64,000 bases of DNA, taken from an uncultured Chloroflexota bacterium. GTDB lineage: Bacteria; Chloroflexota; UBA11872; VXNJ01. Below the pieces are notes generated by a model that was not told where the DNA came from, searched no databases, and was given only the letters and a program-made list of their open reading frames with translations. The stretch is taken from NCBI GenBank assembly GCA_913043205.1, contig CAJWLF010000002.1:109206-173205 (forward strand), given 5' to 3'. The position numbers and the translations under genes were made by a program. Shown in pieces: positions 26,656-36,784 of the stretch; the first letter of the stretch is position 1; every line of letters starts with the position of its first letter.

Positions 26656-27162
26656 CTACCCTGCAGTGTTCGACGACCCTTCATCTCTACCAACAAGACT
26701 GGGCAATACAGAACGCAGTGCCTTTTGCTGGACATCATTCACATAAATGACTTCGCTTCGCACTCCTTCCTTTCCAACGAACATAATTTTTCCATTTGCG
26801 AAACGGTAATCGCTGTATCGTTCCCAATGTTTTATACGGTTTCCCCCCAAGGCAAATCCTTCTTTAAAAAAGTGATAGCGCAAAGGCACAAACAATGAAC
26901 CAAGAACAACCACCATCACCAACATCTCTCGCACAGCGTCGGTATTCGTTCTAAACGCTTCCATTCCAGGAATGATTCCAGCGCTGTTGATAGCCAGAAC
27001 TGCTAGTATGTACCATCGCGACACCAGCATCTTTTGGCCAATAGTGAGTGCTGTGTAATGGACAGGAGTTCCTCGTATCTCATCATTAAACGGACTGTGA
27101 ATCCTCAGGACCATCAGACCTAAAATTACAATTACAGCGACTAGAACTAACATAGATACCAT
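26656..27162 (-). CDS. hypothetical membrane protein (2-3 TM helices plus a small cytoplasmic/PH-like domain)
   Basis: Hydrophobic segments (MVSMLVLVAVIVILGLMVL; WYILAVLAINSAGIIPG; MLVMVVVLGSLFV). Its stop abuts the rarA stop (convergent, 0-bp gap). Confidence 0.5.
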   Translation of the reverse strand: MVSMLVLVAVIVILGLMVLRIHSPFNDEIRGTPVHYTALTIGQKMLVSRWYILAVLAINSAGIIPGMEAFRTNTDAVREMLVMVVVLGSLFVPLRYHFFKEGFALGGNRIKHWERYSDYRFANGKIMFVGKEGVRSEVIYVNDVQQKALRSVLPSLVGRDEGSSNTAG

Positions 27163-27267
27163 GGAACAAATGCTCTTCTTTCTAGACCTTATGTAGCTCG
27201 TAAAACTCTATGCCGTGTGGCCAACAGACAAAGCTGGAGTAGAATTCATTACGGATTTAATACAACA

Positions 27268-27300
27268 TAATGCCGTTAATTAAATAAATTATAGGCATTA
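27268..27300. promoter_or_regulatory. 7-bp inverted repeat (TAATGCC-19 nt-GGCATTA) immediately upstream of the yebC RBS; candidate operator
   Basis: Read from the sequence. It ends 15 bp before the yebC ATG, and an AAGGAA SD follows at 27304-27309. Confidence 0.2.
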
Positions 27301-27314
27301 ACGAAAGGAAATCT

Positions 27315-28067
27315 ATGTCCGGCCATTCAAAATGGTCAACCATTAAGCGAAAAAAAGGCGCAAACGATGCAAAGCGGGGCCAAGTATTCTCACGTTTTGC
27401 CCGGGAGCTGCAGATAGCCGCGAAACTAGGTGGGGCCGACCCCGACACAAATTACCGGTTGAAGATGGTCATAGGGCGCGCTCGTGGCGTCAACATGCCC
27501 CAGGCAAACATAGATCGAGCCATAAAACGTGGCGCAGGAGGAGGGGATGGCGCAGAAATGCTAGAACTGACATACGAAGGATACGGACCAGGAGGGGTTG
27601 CCTTATTGATAGACGTTATTACGGACAACCGCAACCGCTCAGTTGCAGCAATTCGCAACACACTTGACAGCGGCGGAGGGCACATGGCCGATTCTGGTGG
27701 CGTAGCATGGATGTTCAACCCGAGGGGAGAGATTGTAATAAAGGGTGGAAATTTGGACGAGGAGGAAGTTTTCATGTCAGCTGCTGAGGCAGGGGCGGAA
27801 GATATAGATGTCGCCGAAGATAGGATTTATGTCTGGACGGGAGCGACTGCATTGGACAAGGTAAGGCAGGCACTAGCAAATGATGGGTATGAAATTGAGC
27901 AAGCTGAATTAGGAAGGACAGCAAAAACACCAATAGATCTAGAATTAAGAGACGCTATCCGTGTGATGAAATTGATAGAAACACTTGAAGATCTGGACGA
28001 TGTGAGGAAGGTCGACTCAAACCTAAATATTAGTGAAGATCTCGTTGAAAGTTTTGCCGTAACTTAA
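27315..28067 (+). CDS. yebC: YebC/PmpR family DNA-binding transcriptional regulator
   Basis: Highly conserved N-terminus (MSGHSKWSTIKRKKGANDAKRG..F.R..REL..AAK.GG.DP..N.RL). 250 aa. Confidence 0.9.
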   Translation: MSGHSKWSTIKRKKGANDAKRGQVFSRFARELQIAAKLGGADPDTNYRLKMVIGRARGVNMPQANIDRAIKRGAGGGDGAEMLELTYEGYGPGGVALLIDVITDNRNRSVAAIRNTLDSGGGHMADSGGVAWMFNPRGEIVIKGGNLDEEEVFMSAAEAGAEDIDVAEDRIYVWTGATALDKVRQALANDGYEIEQAELGRTAKTPIDLELRDAIRVMKLIETLEDLDDVRKVDSNLNISEDLVESFAVT

Positions 28068-28556
28068 ATGTTAACCCTAGGGATAGACCCTGGATCCTCA
28101 AATTTGGGGTTCGGTCTGATAAAAGGAGATAAGGATCCTGAATTGGTGCATTATGGATGCTTGACCACTCCAACTGGGAAGGAACAAGGTGAAAAGCTGC
28201 ATTATTTATTCGAAAACGTAAGCGATCTTCTCTCTAATAATGAAGTTACTGATGTCAGTGTGGAACAATTGGTATACGGACGCAACGTAAGTAGCGCGGC
28301 ATCAGTATGGAAAACTATGGGGGTGGTACAACTTGCCGCTACACAGCATGGGTTATCTATTGTCGAATATTCACCTCCCCAAATAAAACAAGCAGTAACC
28401 GGCAGTGGGCGAGCCAGCAAGAAAGACGTACAGCAAATGGTAAAAATCATTCTGGGAATGCAGGATGTTCCAAAGCCAGACCACGCAGCAGATGCCTTAG
28501 CCACCGCAATATGCCATCTGCAAAACTATCGACTTCAAAGGCTGCAACTAACTTGA
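28068..28556 (+). CDS. ruvC: crossover junction endodeoxyribonuclease RuvC
   Basis: RuvC fold with catalytic carboxylates (LGIDPGSSNLGFGLI...; EYSPPQIKQAVTGSGRASKKDVQQMV...HAADALA). Confidence 0.9.
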   Translation: MLTLGIDPGSSNLGFGLIKGDKDPELVHYGCLTTPTGKEQGEKLHYLFENVSDLLSNNEVTDVSVEQLVYGRNVSSAASVWKTMGVVQLAATQHGLSIVEYSPPQIKQAVTGSGRASKKDVQQMVKIILGMQDVPKPDHAADALATAICHLQNYRLQRLQLT

Positions 28557-29146
28557 TTTCCGAAATTCATGGAACAGTCTTGGGATCAGGTAGCGATTGG
28601 CTAAAAATAAAGCCCGATGGGATAGGAATCGTGGTGCAAACTTACGTGACGGATCATTGCCTGACAAAGTCTAAGATCCAAGACGAAGTTAGACTGTTCA
28701 CACACCTTCACACAACAGATGACGGGCCAAGTTTATTCGGTTTCATAGACAAGCAGGAACTAGTGATTTTTCAGAATCTAATCACCGTATCTGGAGTTGG
28801 TCCACGTCTAGCACTCCGCGTACTAAGTGAATTAGCCCCTGATACCACTGTACGGGCTATCAACTCTAGTGATGAGAAAACCTTACAATCTGTATCTGGT
28901 ATAGGTGCTCGTACAGCAGCCCGACTGATAGTCGAGCTGAAAGGAAAAATAGCCCCAACAGAATCAGAAGGCACTTCTGATTCTGTTGATGGATTTGAGG
29001 AAGCGCTCGAAGCACTAGTATCGTTAGGATATTCCAGAACTGAGGCGCTCGACGGCTTGGCAGCATCCGCCAAACCAGGCATGTCTGTCGAAAGTCAAAT
29101 CTCGGAAGCCTTGCGACAGTTTGCGGGTGCGGGTAGGAACTCATAA
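28553..29146 (+). CDS. ruvA: Holliday junction branch migration protein RuvA (TTG start overlapping the ruvC stop, TTGA)
   Basis: Conserved RuvA N-terminus begins at LISEIHGTVLG...; HhH motifs (ITVSGVGPRLALRVL; LQSVSGIGARTAARLIVEL). The ORF-track frame extends upstream to 28307, but that stretch overlaps ruvC and is not RuvA-like. Confidence 0.85.
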   Translation: MISEIHGTVLGSGSDWLKIKPDGIGIVVQTYVTDHCLTKSKIQDEVRLFTHLHTTDDGPSLFGFIDKQELVIFQNLITVSGVGPRLALRVLSELAPDTTVRAINSSDEKTLQSVSGIGARTAARLIVELKGKIAPTESEGTSDSVDGFEEALEALVSLGYSRTEALDGLAASAKPGMSVESQISEALRQFAGAGRNS

Positions 29147-30196
29147 GTGACAGAACAAATCGTTGTGCCAGACAACTCAGGTCAGGACTCACATAAAGAC
29201 GCTGAACTTAGACCGTCTACTCTTGATGACTCTGATTTCATAGGACAAACACAAGTAAAATCCGACCTTAGGATTCTGATACAGGCTGCCCTGCAAAGGG
29301 GAGAGTCTGTAGATCACATATTGGTCGCAGGTCCGCCCGGGCTCGGAAAAACAACTCTCGCGCACATAATTGCCAGGGAAATGGGAGCTAGTATCAGAGT
29401 GACCAGTGGACCTGCTCTGGAGCGCCAAAGAGATCTAGCGGCCCTATTAAATAGCCTTGACACAGGTAACGTTCTTTTCATTGATGAAATACACAGACTT
29501 GGTAAAGTAGCAGAAGAAATGCTTTATCCTGCGATGGAAGATGGTGACTTGGATTTGGTAACCGGTGGGGGCAAGAGTTCGGCCGGTAGGAGCTATCGTA
29601 TAGCACTGCCGACATTCACTCTAGTCGGAGCGACTACACGACTCGGCATGCTTTCATCCCCACTGCGTGACAGATTTGGCGAAATATATAGACTTGATTA
29701 TTACTCGGTTGATGAATGCACCGCCATAGTAGGGAGGTCCGCAAAAATACTTGGTGTCCCTATAGATTTAATTGGGTCCGAAGAAATTGCACTTCGAGCT
29801 CGGGGCACTGCTCGAGTATGCAACAGACTACTTCGACGGGTCAGAGATTACGCTGAAGTCGAATCCGACGGTCGTATAACCGGATCCGTGGCACAAGATG
29901 CTCTCAAATCCATGCAAGTAGACTCACTAGGATTAGATGACATGGATAGAAAAATCCTCAAAACGATAATAGAAAAATTCGCTGGAGGCCCCGTCGGACT
30001 GAACACTATCGGTGCGGCCCTATCTGAGGATGGGTTGACACTGGAAGATTACTACGAACCTTACTTGTTGCAGATCGGATTCATAGCGAGAACTCCACGA
30101 GGGCGAGTAGCAACTAAACTTTCCTACAAACACCTTGGATTAGAATCACTGTTGGATAATTCAGATAATTCCAACGACCAACCGAATCTATTCTAG
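29147..30196 (+). CDS. ruvB: Holliday junction branch migration DNA helicase RuvB
   Basis: AAA+ Walker A ([15 protein letters not shown]), Walker B ([10 protein letters not shown]) and a C-terminal winged helix. GTG start directly after the ruvA stop. Confidence 0.92.
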   Translation: MTEQIVVPDNSGQDSHKDAELRPSTLDDSDFIGQTQVKSDLRILIQAALQRGESVDHILVAGPPGLGKTTLAHIIAREMGASIRVTSGPALERQRDLAALLNSLDTGNVLFIDEIHRLGKVAEEMLYPAMEDGDLDLVTGGGKSSAGRSYRIALPTFTLVGATTRLGMLSSPLRDRFGEIYRLDYYSVDECTAIVGRSAKILGVPIDLIGSEEIALRARGTARVCNRLLRRVRDYAEVESDGRITGSVAQDALKSMQVDSLGLDDMDRKILKTIIEKFAGGPVGLNTIGAALSEDGLTLEDYYEPYLLQIGFIARTPRGRVATKLSYKHLGLESLLDNSDNSNDQPNLF

Positions 30197-30199
30197 ATA

Positions 30200-30520
30200 A
30201 TGACATGTCTGAAAGAGATTGGCTGGCAAACTGTCGCAAACAAGAACGACGCCACTTTACATATGATTGTGAGCGGACGAGTGCAGGCTGTAGGATTTCG
30301 TCATTTTGTCCAAATGGAAGCTCGTGCGTCGGGGTTGACCGGAACGGTAAAAAACTTGTCTGATGGCAGCGTAGAAATATATACAACTGGGGCACCAAAA
30401 ACATTGTTGATGTTCATGGAGAAAGTTTCAGAAGGCCCACCAATTTCCAGGGTGAAATCTATCGAAGCACGCTGGTCTGCCAGTTATCGTCAATTCAATA
30501 ATTTTCAGGTGCTGGCCTAA
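30200..30520 (+). CDS. acyP: acylphosphatase (likely starts at an internal Met near 30260)
   Basis: Acylphosphatase signature (VSGRVQAVGFRHFV...GLTGTVKNLSDGSVEI). Confidence 0.8.
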   Translation: MTCLKEIGWQTVANKNDATLHMIVSGRVQAVGFRHFVQMEARASGLTGTVKNLSDGSVEIYTTGAPKTLLMFMEKVSEGPPISRVKSIEARWSASYRQFNNFQVLA

Positions 30521-31800
30521 TGGAACCACCAACAGATATCAATATGGAGAAAGAAAACCAGCAGAACCACGACTCCAACCTTTTGAACGCCCAAGCTCTT
30601 GCATGGATCTACACAGTCGTTGCTTTTCTACTGTTTATAGCAGCCATCATATTTTTGCCAGGGCAAATAGGCCAATTTATGAGCCGTGTCACTGCCCCAA
30701 AAAATCTTTACGCACAACCCATAGAAGGAACCGTTCTTTTGCGAGGACCAGAAGATATGGGCTGGCGACCATTGCAAGCACGAGATACTTACCCTCCAGG
30801 CTCAAGATTTGCAACGGATGGGAGATCTCGCGCATTTTTGCAACTTTTCGATGGAAGCACCATCCAGCTTTATAACAATACTGAGTTAAAAATACGAACC
30901 AGTGCACAAGGACGATTTAATGTTGACCTTCAAAGGTTAGATTTGGACTTGGAAGCTGGTCGTATATCTATAGGCATAGCCCCGGTAGGACCCAAAACAG
31001 ATCGATTGGTAACCATATATATGCCACCAGGCAAGGTAGACATTGAGGAGGGAAGTTACACGATTGAAACGTTGCCCGATCGCTCTGTGGAAGTGTTTGT
31101 TAGAAGAGGTAAAGCTACTCTTTTTTCAGGTTCTGATATAGCAGAAGTCGGAATGGGAGGAAGAGGGATGCTAATGTCCAATCATCCTCCAATTACAGAG
31201 CTCACTCCAAGAACTTCTCTAGTAAAAGATCCTGATTTGGACAATTCACCAAACGGCAACCTGTGGAAACCTTTTACCATTACCGAATCCGGACCATCAG
31301 GAGAAATAGAACAGCTATCATTTGTGGAAGGCAAAATAGTCAGCGGCGAACTACATCCTGATGATGGATACAAGTTCCGACGTTCTATCCCAGACAGCGA
31401 TTTACATCGTAATGGTGAAGCAGGCATAGCCCAAATTATCAATCGAGATATCCGTGATTTTACCGAGTTATCAATTCGATCACTGCTCAAAGTAGATCGA
31501 CAAGAGTTGTCAGGTGGAGGATCTTTAGGAAGTGAATATCCTCTGATGCTGCGGCTCTATTACGTTGACAGTACAGGGCAGGACCAGGTCTGGCATCATG
31601 GATTCTATTATCAGAATAAAGACAGTTTCTCCGTCCAGGGGGGAAGCTTTATCCCTAAGAATCAATGGACTGTGTACGACGAACCCAATCTATTGCAACG
31701 TTTAAATCCAACACCTGTTTTCCTACGCAGAGTCGAGGTTTTGGGGTCAGGTTGGTCCTTCGATTCATCAGTCAGAGCCCTATACCTCGAAGGAAGATAA
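30520..31800 (+). CDS. membrane-anchored FecR-domain protein (function unknown)
   Basis: Single N-terminal TM (IYTVVAFLLFIAAIIFL), then a FecR-like beta region (LLRGPEDMGWRPL...GSRFATDGRSRAFLQLFDGSTIQLYNNTELKI), then ~250 aa of unknown function. Confidence 0.55.
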   Translation: MEPPTDINMEKENQQNHDSNLLNAQALAWIYTVVAFLLFIAAIIFLPGQIGQFMSRVTAPKNLYAQPIEGTVLLRGPEDMGWRPLQARDTYPPGSRFATDGRSRAFLQLFDGSTIQLYNNTELKIRTSAQGRFNVDLQRLDLDLEAGRISIGIAPVGPKTDRLVTIYMPPGKVDIEEGSYTIETLPDRSVEVFVRRGKATLFSGSDIAEVGMGGRGMLMSNHPPITELTPRTSLVKDPDLDNSPNGNLWKPFTITESGPSGEIEQLSFVEGKIVSGELHPDDGYKFRRSIPDSDLHRNGEAGIAQIINRDIRDFTELSIRSLLKVDRQELSGGGSLGSEYPLMLRLYYVDSTGQDQVWHHGFYYQNKDSFSVQGGSFIPKNQWTVYDEPNLLQRLNPTPVFLRRVEVLGSGWSFDSSVRALYLEGR

Positions 31801-31811
31801 CACGAATTGTC

Positions 31812-32183
31812 ATGCAATTGAGTACTGGTATAGACGCAATTGAAATTAGCAGAATCAGTGGGGTCATACATAGACATGGCAGCCGATTTCTAAGAAAAAT
31901 ATATACCGAGCGAGAACTTAACTACTGCCAGGGCCATCAGAAAGAACTTGCTGCACGCTTTGCTGCCAAAGAGGCCATATCTAAAGTTTTGGGTACCGGA
32001 TTAAATGGTATCTATTGGCGTGAAATGGAAGTCATACCAGACACTCGTGGAAAACCACACGTCGAATTGCATGGCCATGCCAAAACCAGAGCTCTGGAAT
32101 TAGGCATCACTACAATCGCATTGAGCATTACCCATACTCGAGATTTAGCCGTTGCGTCCGCAGTTGCTATACAAACAAAGTGA
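31812..32183 (+). CDS. acpS: holo-[acyl-carrier-protein] synthase
   Basis: ATG at 31812 gives a 124-aa protein (MQLSTGIDAIEISRI...FAAKEA..K) typical of AcpS. The ORF-track extension from 31665 is not protein-like. Confidence 0.85.
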   Translation: MQLSTGIDAIEISRISGVIHRHGSRFLRKIYTERELNYCQGHQKELAARFAAKEAISKVLGTGLNGIYWREMEVIPDTRGKPHVELHGHAKTRALELGITTIALSITHTRDLAVASAVAIQTK

Positions 32184-33727
32184 CACACCCAAACCACATT
32201 TGCACTACAGATGAGATGCGAAAGCTCGAGCAATCGGCCATAAGTGGCGGCTCCTCTCAACAAAGACTGATGCAAAAAGCTGGGGAGGAAGTGTCCAGAG
32301 AAATTGTTGCATCCTATCACCCCATAATTGGAGCTCGTGTTTTAGTTCTTATCGGTTCCGGAAACAATGGCGGTGACGGTGCGGTGATAGCAAACCAGTT
32401 GTCACAAGCTGGAGCTCAGGTTTCCATTCTTATAGCAAAACCAAAAAGGAAAGTCAGTGACTTAATAGATGAATTACCTGCGAGCATCCAAATAATTACG
32501 CATTCACCTGGGACAGCTCGACACTTAGCTAAGGAAGCAGATGTAATTGTCGACTGCCTGCTAGGGATAGGGGGCACTATCCCAATAAGGGATCCAATCA
32601 GAGCCATTTTGAAGGAGATTTCTACAGCCAAAGCACTTCGAATATCTTGTGACGTCCCATCTGGTCTAGACGCAAATACCGGCAAAGTAGATCCAATAAC
32701 CTTCAAGGCAGACATAACTATATCAACTGGGCCGCTTAAATTAGGCTCATTGTTGTATCCCGGTCGCCAATACTGCGGAAAACTCATTCAGACTGATATT
32801 GGCATCCCGAAAAATCACTTGGATGAGCTACCCGGGAGACAGATAACATCTCGCTCCGTTGCAAAAATACTTCCTGAAAGAACTTTAGACGGACACAAGG
32901 GATCCTATGGCAGAACACTGGTGATCGCGGGAAGCCGGAATTTTCCTGGCGCGGCTGCACTTACCTGTTTAGGAGCATTACGAAGTGGCGCAGGTTATAC
33001 AAAGCTAGCATCGATAGAGTCCGTAGTCTGTACTGCCGCATCTCACAGCCCTGACATAATCTTTGAATTTCTGCCTGAATTCAATGGGACGATATCCGCC
33101 AATTCTGCGAAAGACATAATCCAGTTATCCGATCTTGCAGATAGCCTCATAGTAGGACCAGGATTAGGAAATACCGAAGACATAAATTTGATTGTCAAGA
33201 GATTGCTGCAAAGCTGTAACATGGGCTGCCCTATTGTCTTAGACGCAGATGGATTGTCGTCCATAGACAAATCCCTATTTGATTCCATCAATAGAAATCA
33301 ACCACTAATACTGACACCTCACCCTGGCGAAATGGCAAAGATCATGGGGGTGGATTTAAGGACAGTAAGTGATAACAGATTACACTTCGCCTGCTCACTT
33401 GCTAATACATCTGAAGGCGTGACAGTCCTGAAGGGTGCAGGAACGATCGTAGCTGATCCAAGCGGTCGTTACTCGATCGTGTCGGAACCATCTCCAGCCC
33501 TGGCAGTCGCCGGGTCTGGCGATGTATTGTCAGGAATTATAGGTGCTATGTTAGCACAACAAGTTAGCCCATTTGAAGCGGCAATCGCAGGGGTACACTT
33601 GCACGTTAAATGCGGCATAGAACTTGGTAAGAATCTAGGTTTGTCTGGAGTTATAGCTTCGGACATCCCTACCCAAATCCCGCACATTGTTAAATCAATT
33701 TCCATCAATCATTCGGCCACTTCCTGA
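32180..33727 (+). CDS. nnr: bifunctional NAD(P)H-hydrate epimerase / ADP-dependent (S)-NAD(P)H-hydrate dehydratase
   Basis: YjeF-N domain (VLVLIGSGNNGGDGAV) and YjeF-C carbohydrate-kinase-like domain (HKGSYGRTLVIAGSRNFPGAAAL; GSGDVLSG). GTG start overlaps the acpS stop (GTGA). Confidence 0.88.
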   Translation: MTHPNHICTTDEMRKLEQSAISGGSSQQRLMQKAGEEVSREIVASYHPIIGARVLVLIGSGNNGGDGAVIANQLSQAGAQVSILIAKPKRKVSDLIDELPASIQIITHSPGTARHLAKEADVIVDCLLGIGGTIPIRDPIRAILKEISTAKALRISCDVPSGLDANTGKVDPITFKADITISTGPLKLGSLLYPGRQYCGKLIQTDIGIPKNHLDELPGRQITSRSVAKILPERTLDGHKGSYGRTLVIAGSRNFPGAAALTCLGALRSGAGYTKLASIESVVCTAASHSPDIIFEFLPEFNGTISANSAKDIIQLSDLADSLIVGPGLGNTEDINLIVKRLLQSCNMGCPIVLDADGLSSIDKSLFDSINRNQPLILTPHPGEMAKIMGVDLRTVSDNRLHFACSLANTSEGVTVLKGAGTIVADPSGRYSIVSEPSPALAVAGSGDVLSGIIGAMLAQQVSPFEAAIAGVHLHVKCGIELGKNLGLSGVIASDIPTQIPHIVKSISINHSATS

Positions 33728-34185
33728 CGCCACATTTCATCCACCAATGTCTCAATCACATCGTAAGCGAACCCACGCCTTTGCAACGCATTGCCTAATT
33801 TTTGCCGAAATACCATGAATTCAGACGTTTTTATCCGTTTACGTCGCTTTTCAGCCAGTACTCGACCCACCTCCAGTTCTCCGGGATACTGAAGATTCAT
33901 TTGGCGTTCAATAACCTCATCATCAACCCCTCGCTTTTTTAATTGTTGACGAACCGCAAACTCACCGTATGGACGGTGTTCCACACATGACCGAATCCAC
34001 ATAGACGCATATGCATCGTCATCGATAAGACCTAGACCTTCTAAATCATATATCTGCTCTTCGATCACATCGGATGAAATATCGTCCCTCATTAGGCGAT
34101 TAATTACTTCATTTCTACTGCGCGGACGATGGTCCAGATATCTGAGGGCAATCTCTCTGGCACGTAACCGCATTCGATCGGTCAC
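33709..34185 (-). CDS. recX: recombination regulator RecX
   Basis: RecX three-helix repeat pattern (ALRYLDHRPRSRNEVINRL...; DDDAYASMWIRS...). ~158 aa. Its 3' end overlaps the nnr 3' end by 19 nt (convergent). Confidence 0.7.
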   Translation of the reverse strand: MTDRMRLRAREIALRYLDHRPRSRNEVINRLMRDDISSDVIEEQIYDLEGLGLIDDDAYASMWIRSCVEHRPYGEFAVRQQLKKRGVDDEVIERQMNLQYPGELEVGRVLAEKRRKRIKTSEFMVFRQKLGNALQRRGFAYDVIETLVDEMWRQEVAE

Positions 34186-34246
34186 AATAATAACAATTTC
34201 TGACTCATTCAGGCTTCTAGTGGGTAATTGAGGTTATAACACAACT

Positions 34247-34651
34247 TTAATGTTTGCTTAATTGCCACATTACAGCCGCCATTCCCGATAGGATCAAGAA
34301 CAAAGACCTCAACGCGAAGTCCACAACAATGATGACAAAAGGTATCCCTGCATACACATCCACAAAGCTACCCCAACCCATACTGGTAAACAATCCTAAC
34401 AATACAGATGCTAGTGCTACACCCTGAACTAGTTGCATGGAACCAACAATAAACAGACGGGAAGTATTCACTCGCATCTTGTGTTTAGCCACCCTAAAAC
34501 CAATAACCCATCCAGCACCGACACCAGCACCTATAGCTATAGGCGACGCCCAATCACCACGAGTGAACAGAAGAAATGCTAATGTGAATGCACTAGCCAC
34601 CCAAACCGAACCAAGCTTTGTAGAAAGGGAGAAGTCGTAACCAGTTTTCAT
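34247..34651 (-). CDS. hypothetical small membrane protein (4 predicted TM helices)
   Basis: Highly hydrophobic 134-aa ORF with a good start context. No family recognised. Confidence 0.45.
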   Translation of the reverse strand: MKTGYDFSLSTKLGSVWVASAFTLAFLLFTRGDWASPIAIGAGVGAGWVIGFRVAKHKMRVNTSRLFIVGSMQLVQGVALASVLLGLFTSMGWGSFVDVYAGIPFVIIVVDFALRSLFLILSGMAAVMWQLSKH

Positions 34652-34694
34652 TCGTTATCTGTTCCGTATCTAATACTAAGCAAGGGAAATACGA

Positions 34695-35333
34695 TCAATT
34701 ACGAAAATACGAGCTCCACTCTGCAATTTGTAACTCTTTTCCTGCAATCAATCTCTTAAGGTTAGGAAGATGCTGCCATACAATTAAGGTGCCTGCCAAT
34801 ACAACAAATATGGTGTCCTCAACCCTTGAGGGATATCCGGTTATGTAGAGAATTAGCCCAACTAGCACTCCAGTTACAGTACCGATTATGGAGCCCAGGG
34901 ACACGTAACGAAGAAAAATAACTAGCATTATTCCTACCGGAATACCTACAGCAATTACAATCGGATAAATAACAGCAGCTGCACCCATCCCAGTAGCAAC
35001 GCCACGGCCCCCTCTAAAATTAGTAAATATTGGCCGAGTATGGCCTATTACAGCTGCCATAGAAGCAGCCGCTTGAACAAATGGCTGGTCAGGCAACACA
35101 ATTCCAGTGATGGCGGCCACCAGCACACCTTTAAAGAAATCGCCTATCAATACAACTACAGCAGCGCCCACACCTATAGAACGTAGTGCATTAGTGGCGC
35201 CCATATTACCACTACCTCTTTGTAACAAGTTCACACCGAACAATCCATTACCCACCAAAATCCCTGTTGGTATGGACCCTGTTAGATACCCAAACACTAT
35301 CAAACCAATCCCACCGAAATCACCTAGAGTCAT
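34695..35333 (-). CDS. plsY: glycerol-3-phosphate acyltransferase (acyl-phosphate dependent) PlsY
   Basis: PlsY pattern (GSIPTGILVG...RGSGNMGATNALRSIG...). A ~212-aa polytopic membrane protein. Confidence 0.88.
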   Translation of the reverse strand: MTLGDFGGIGLIVFGYLTGSIPTGILVGNGLFGVNLLQRGSGNMGATNALRSIGVGAAVVVLIGDFFKGVLVAAITGIVLPDQPFVQAAASMAAVIGHTRPIFTNFRGGRGVATGMGAAAVIYPIVIAVGIPVGIMLVIFLRYVSLGSIIGTVTGVLVGLILYITGYPSRVEDTIFVVLAGTLIVWQHLPNLKRLIAGKELQIAEWSSYFRN

Positions 35334-36784
35334 GAATCCACTCCCATGATCTGTCCCTGGCCCCCACGCTGGGAACTCTTCCTAGGAACTATTTTAACTG
35401 GTGAACCATCAAAACCGTAACGCTCCCGGAGACTGTTTTCTATATATCGCAAATAAGACGCACGAACTTGCCTGGGATCAGAAAAAAACATATGAAAGGT
35501 TGGAGGACGGGTCGAAGTCTGAACTGCATATCGAAACTTAGAAACCCTACCCTTACGTGATGGGAGGGATTGGCTATTAACAAGTCTTGCCATAAACCTG
35601 TTCAACTGAGGAGTCGCTATTGATTTGCCCATATCTGTTCGAACAGTTAGGGCCGTAGACAATATACGATCCACATTCATTCCTGTCAGAGCTGAAATCT
35701 TTAGCAAAGGTGCGTGGGCACAAAATCTAAATCTCCATAACAGGCTTTCCTGAGCTTTTCTAACTGCATGATCGTCACCAATCACCATATCCCATTTGTT
35801 CGCAGTAATGATCAACCCACGATCGTTCTCAAGTGCAAAACCTGCAATATGAGCATCTTGGTCAGTCGCACCTTCGGAGGCATCCACTAAAAGAACGCAA
35901 ACATCCGCACGCCGAATAGCCCCTAAAGACCTCAAAACCGAATGTCGTTCAACTCCTTCTTTAACTCTCCCACGTCTTCGGAGGCCTGCTGTATCTACTA
36001 TCCGCATCTCCGTCCCATATTCTTTTTCACAGACTACCGTGTCTATAGCATCCCGTGTGGTTCCTGGAATCTCGCTCACCAACGCTCGTTCCTCCCCAAC
36101 TATAGAGTTGAACAATGAAGACTTCCCAGCGTTGGGACGCCCCACTATTGCTAAGGACGGCATGTCTAAACCAGTACCAACCGATGTATCCGACGTCGCA
36201 TATTTTGTAATAGCCCCCAGCAACTTCTCTATACCAAATCCCTGAGTAGCGGATGTAGGCACAGGGTCACCTAGCCCTAATCGATTAAATTCAGGGACAT
36301 CTGTATTCCGAATTTCGTTATCACATTTGTTGACTACGGTAATGACTGGTTTATTGCCACGCCTTAATAGATCGGCCACCGACATATCTTCAGTCGTAAT
36401 GCCGGTGGTCACATCGACAACAAATAGAACCAGATCTGAATCTGCCAAAGCTGCACGGGCCTGCACATCAGCAGCTTGAGCTAATTCGTCCAATTGCCCA
36501 GCAAACATCCCAGCTGTATCCGCCAAGATAAATTGATTGCCACCGTGTTCAACGGACGCAAAAGACCGATCACGGGTGGTACCAGGTTCATTTTCAACTA
36601 CAGATTGCCTCCTACCTAAAATCCGATTAAACAAACTAGACTTACCTACATTAGGCCTACCAATCAGTGCGGCCAATATTGGAGAGTTCGAACTAATCTG
36701 TTGTTTGCCGACATTGGATGTCATCATCGGCATGCCTTTGGCCTCCTGTCGTAACGAGCAATGGATCATCGGAGAACACCCCAC
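35330..36784 (-). CDS. der: ribosome biogenesis GTPase Der (EngA); true start probably the internal Met cluster near 36724-36733
   Basis: Two tandem GTPase domains (GRPNVGKSSLFN...DTAG; GRPNAGKSSLFN...DTAG) plus a C-terminal KH-like domain. The long ORF-track N-terminus overlaps the plsC 3' end. Confidence 0.9.
   Translation of the reverse strand: MGCSPMIHCSLRQEAKGMPMMTSNVGKQQISSNSPILAALIGRPNVGKSSLFNRILGRRQSVVENEPGTTRDRSFASVEHGGNQFILADTAGMFAGQLDELAQAADVQARAALADSDLVLFVVDVTTGITTEDMSVADLLRRGNKPVITVVNKCDNEIRNTDVPEFNRLGLGDPVPTSATQGFGIEKLLGAITKYATSDTSVGTGLDMPSLAIVGRPNAGKSSLFNSIVGEERALVSEIPGTTRDAIDTVVCEKEYGTEMRIVDTAGLRRRGRVKEGVERHSVLRSLGAIRRADVCVLLVDASEGATDQDAHIAGFALENDRGLIITANKWDMVIGDDHAVRKAQESLLWRFRFCAHAPLLKISALTGMNVDRILSTALTVRTDMGKSIATPQLNRFMARLVNSQSLPSRKGRVSKFRYAVQTSTRPPTFHMFFSDPRQVRASYLRYIENSLRERYGFDGSPVKIVPRKSSQRGGQGQIMGVDS

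Noticed and set aside
28307-28552. Upstream extension of the ruvA reading frame in the ORF track (start at 28307)
   Set aside because: The extension overlaps ruvC in a different frame, and the encoded peptide (MENYGGGTTCRYTAW…) is not RuvA-like. The conserved RuvA N-terminus begins at the TTG at 28553.
31665-31811. Upstream extension of the acpS ORF
   Set aside because: It overlaps the 3' end of the FecR-like gene. AcpS homologs begin at the MQLSTGIDAIEI motif (ATG at 31812).
33709-33727. 19-nt overlap of the convergent 3' ends of nnr and recX
   Set aside because: This is a compact-genome feature. Both proteins look full length, and this gives no evidence of an antisense regulatory arrangement beyond the overlap itself.
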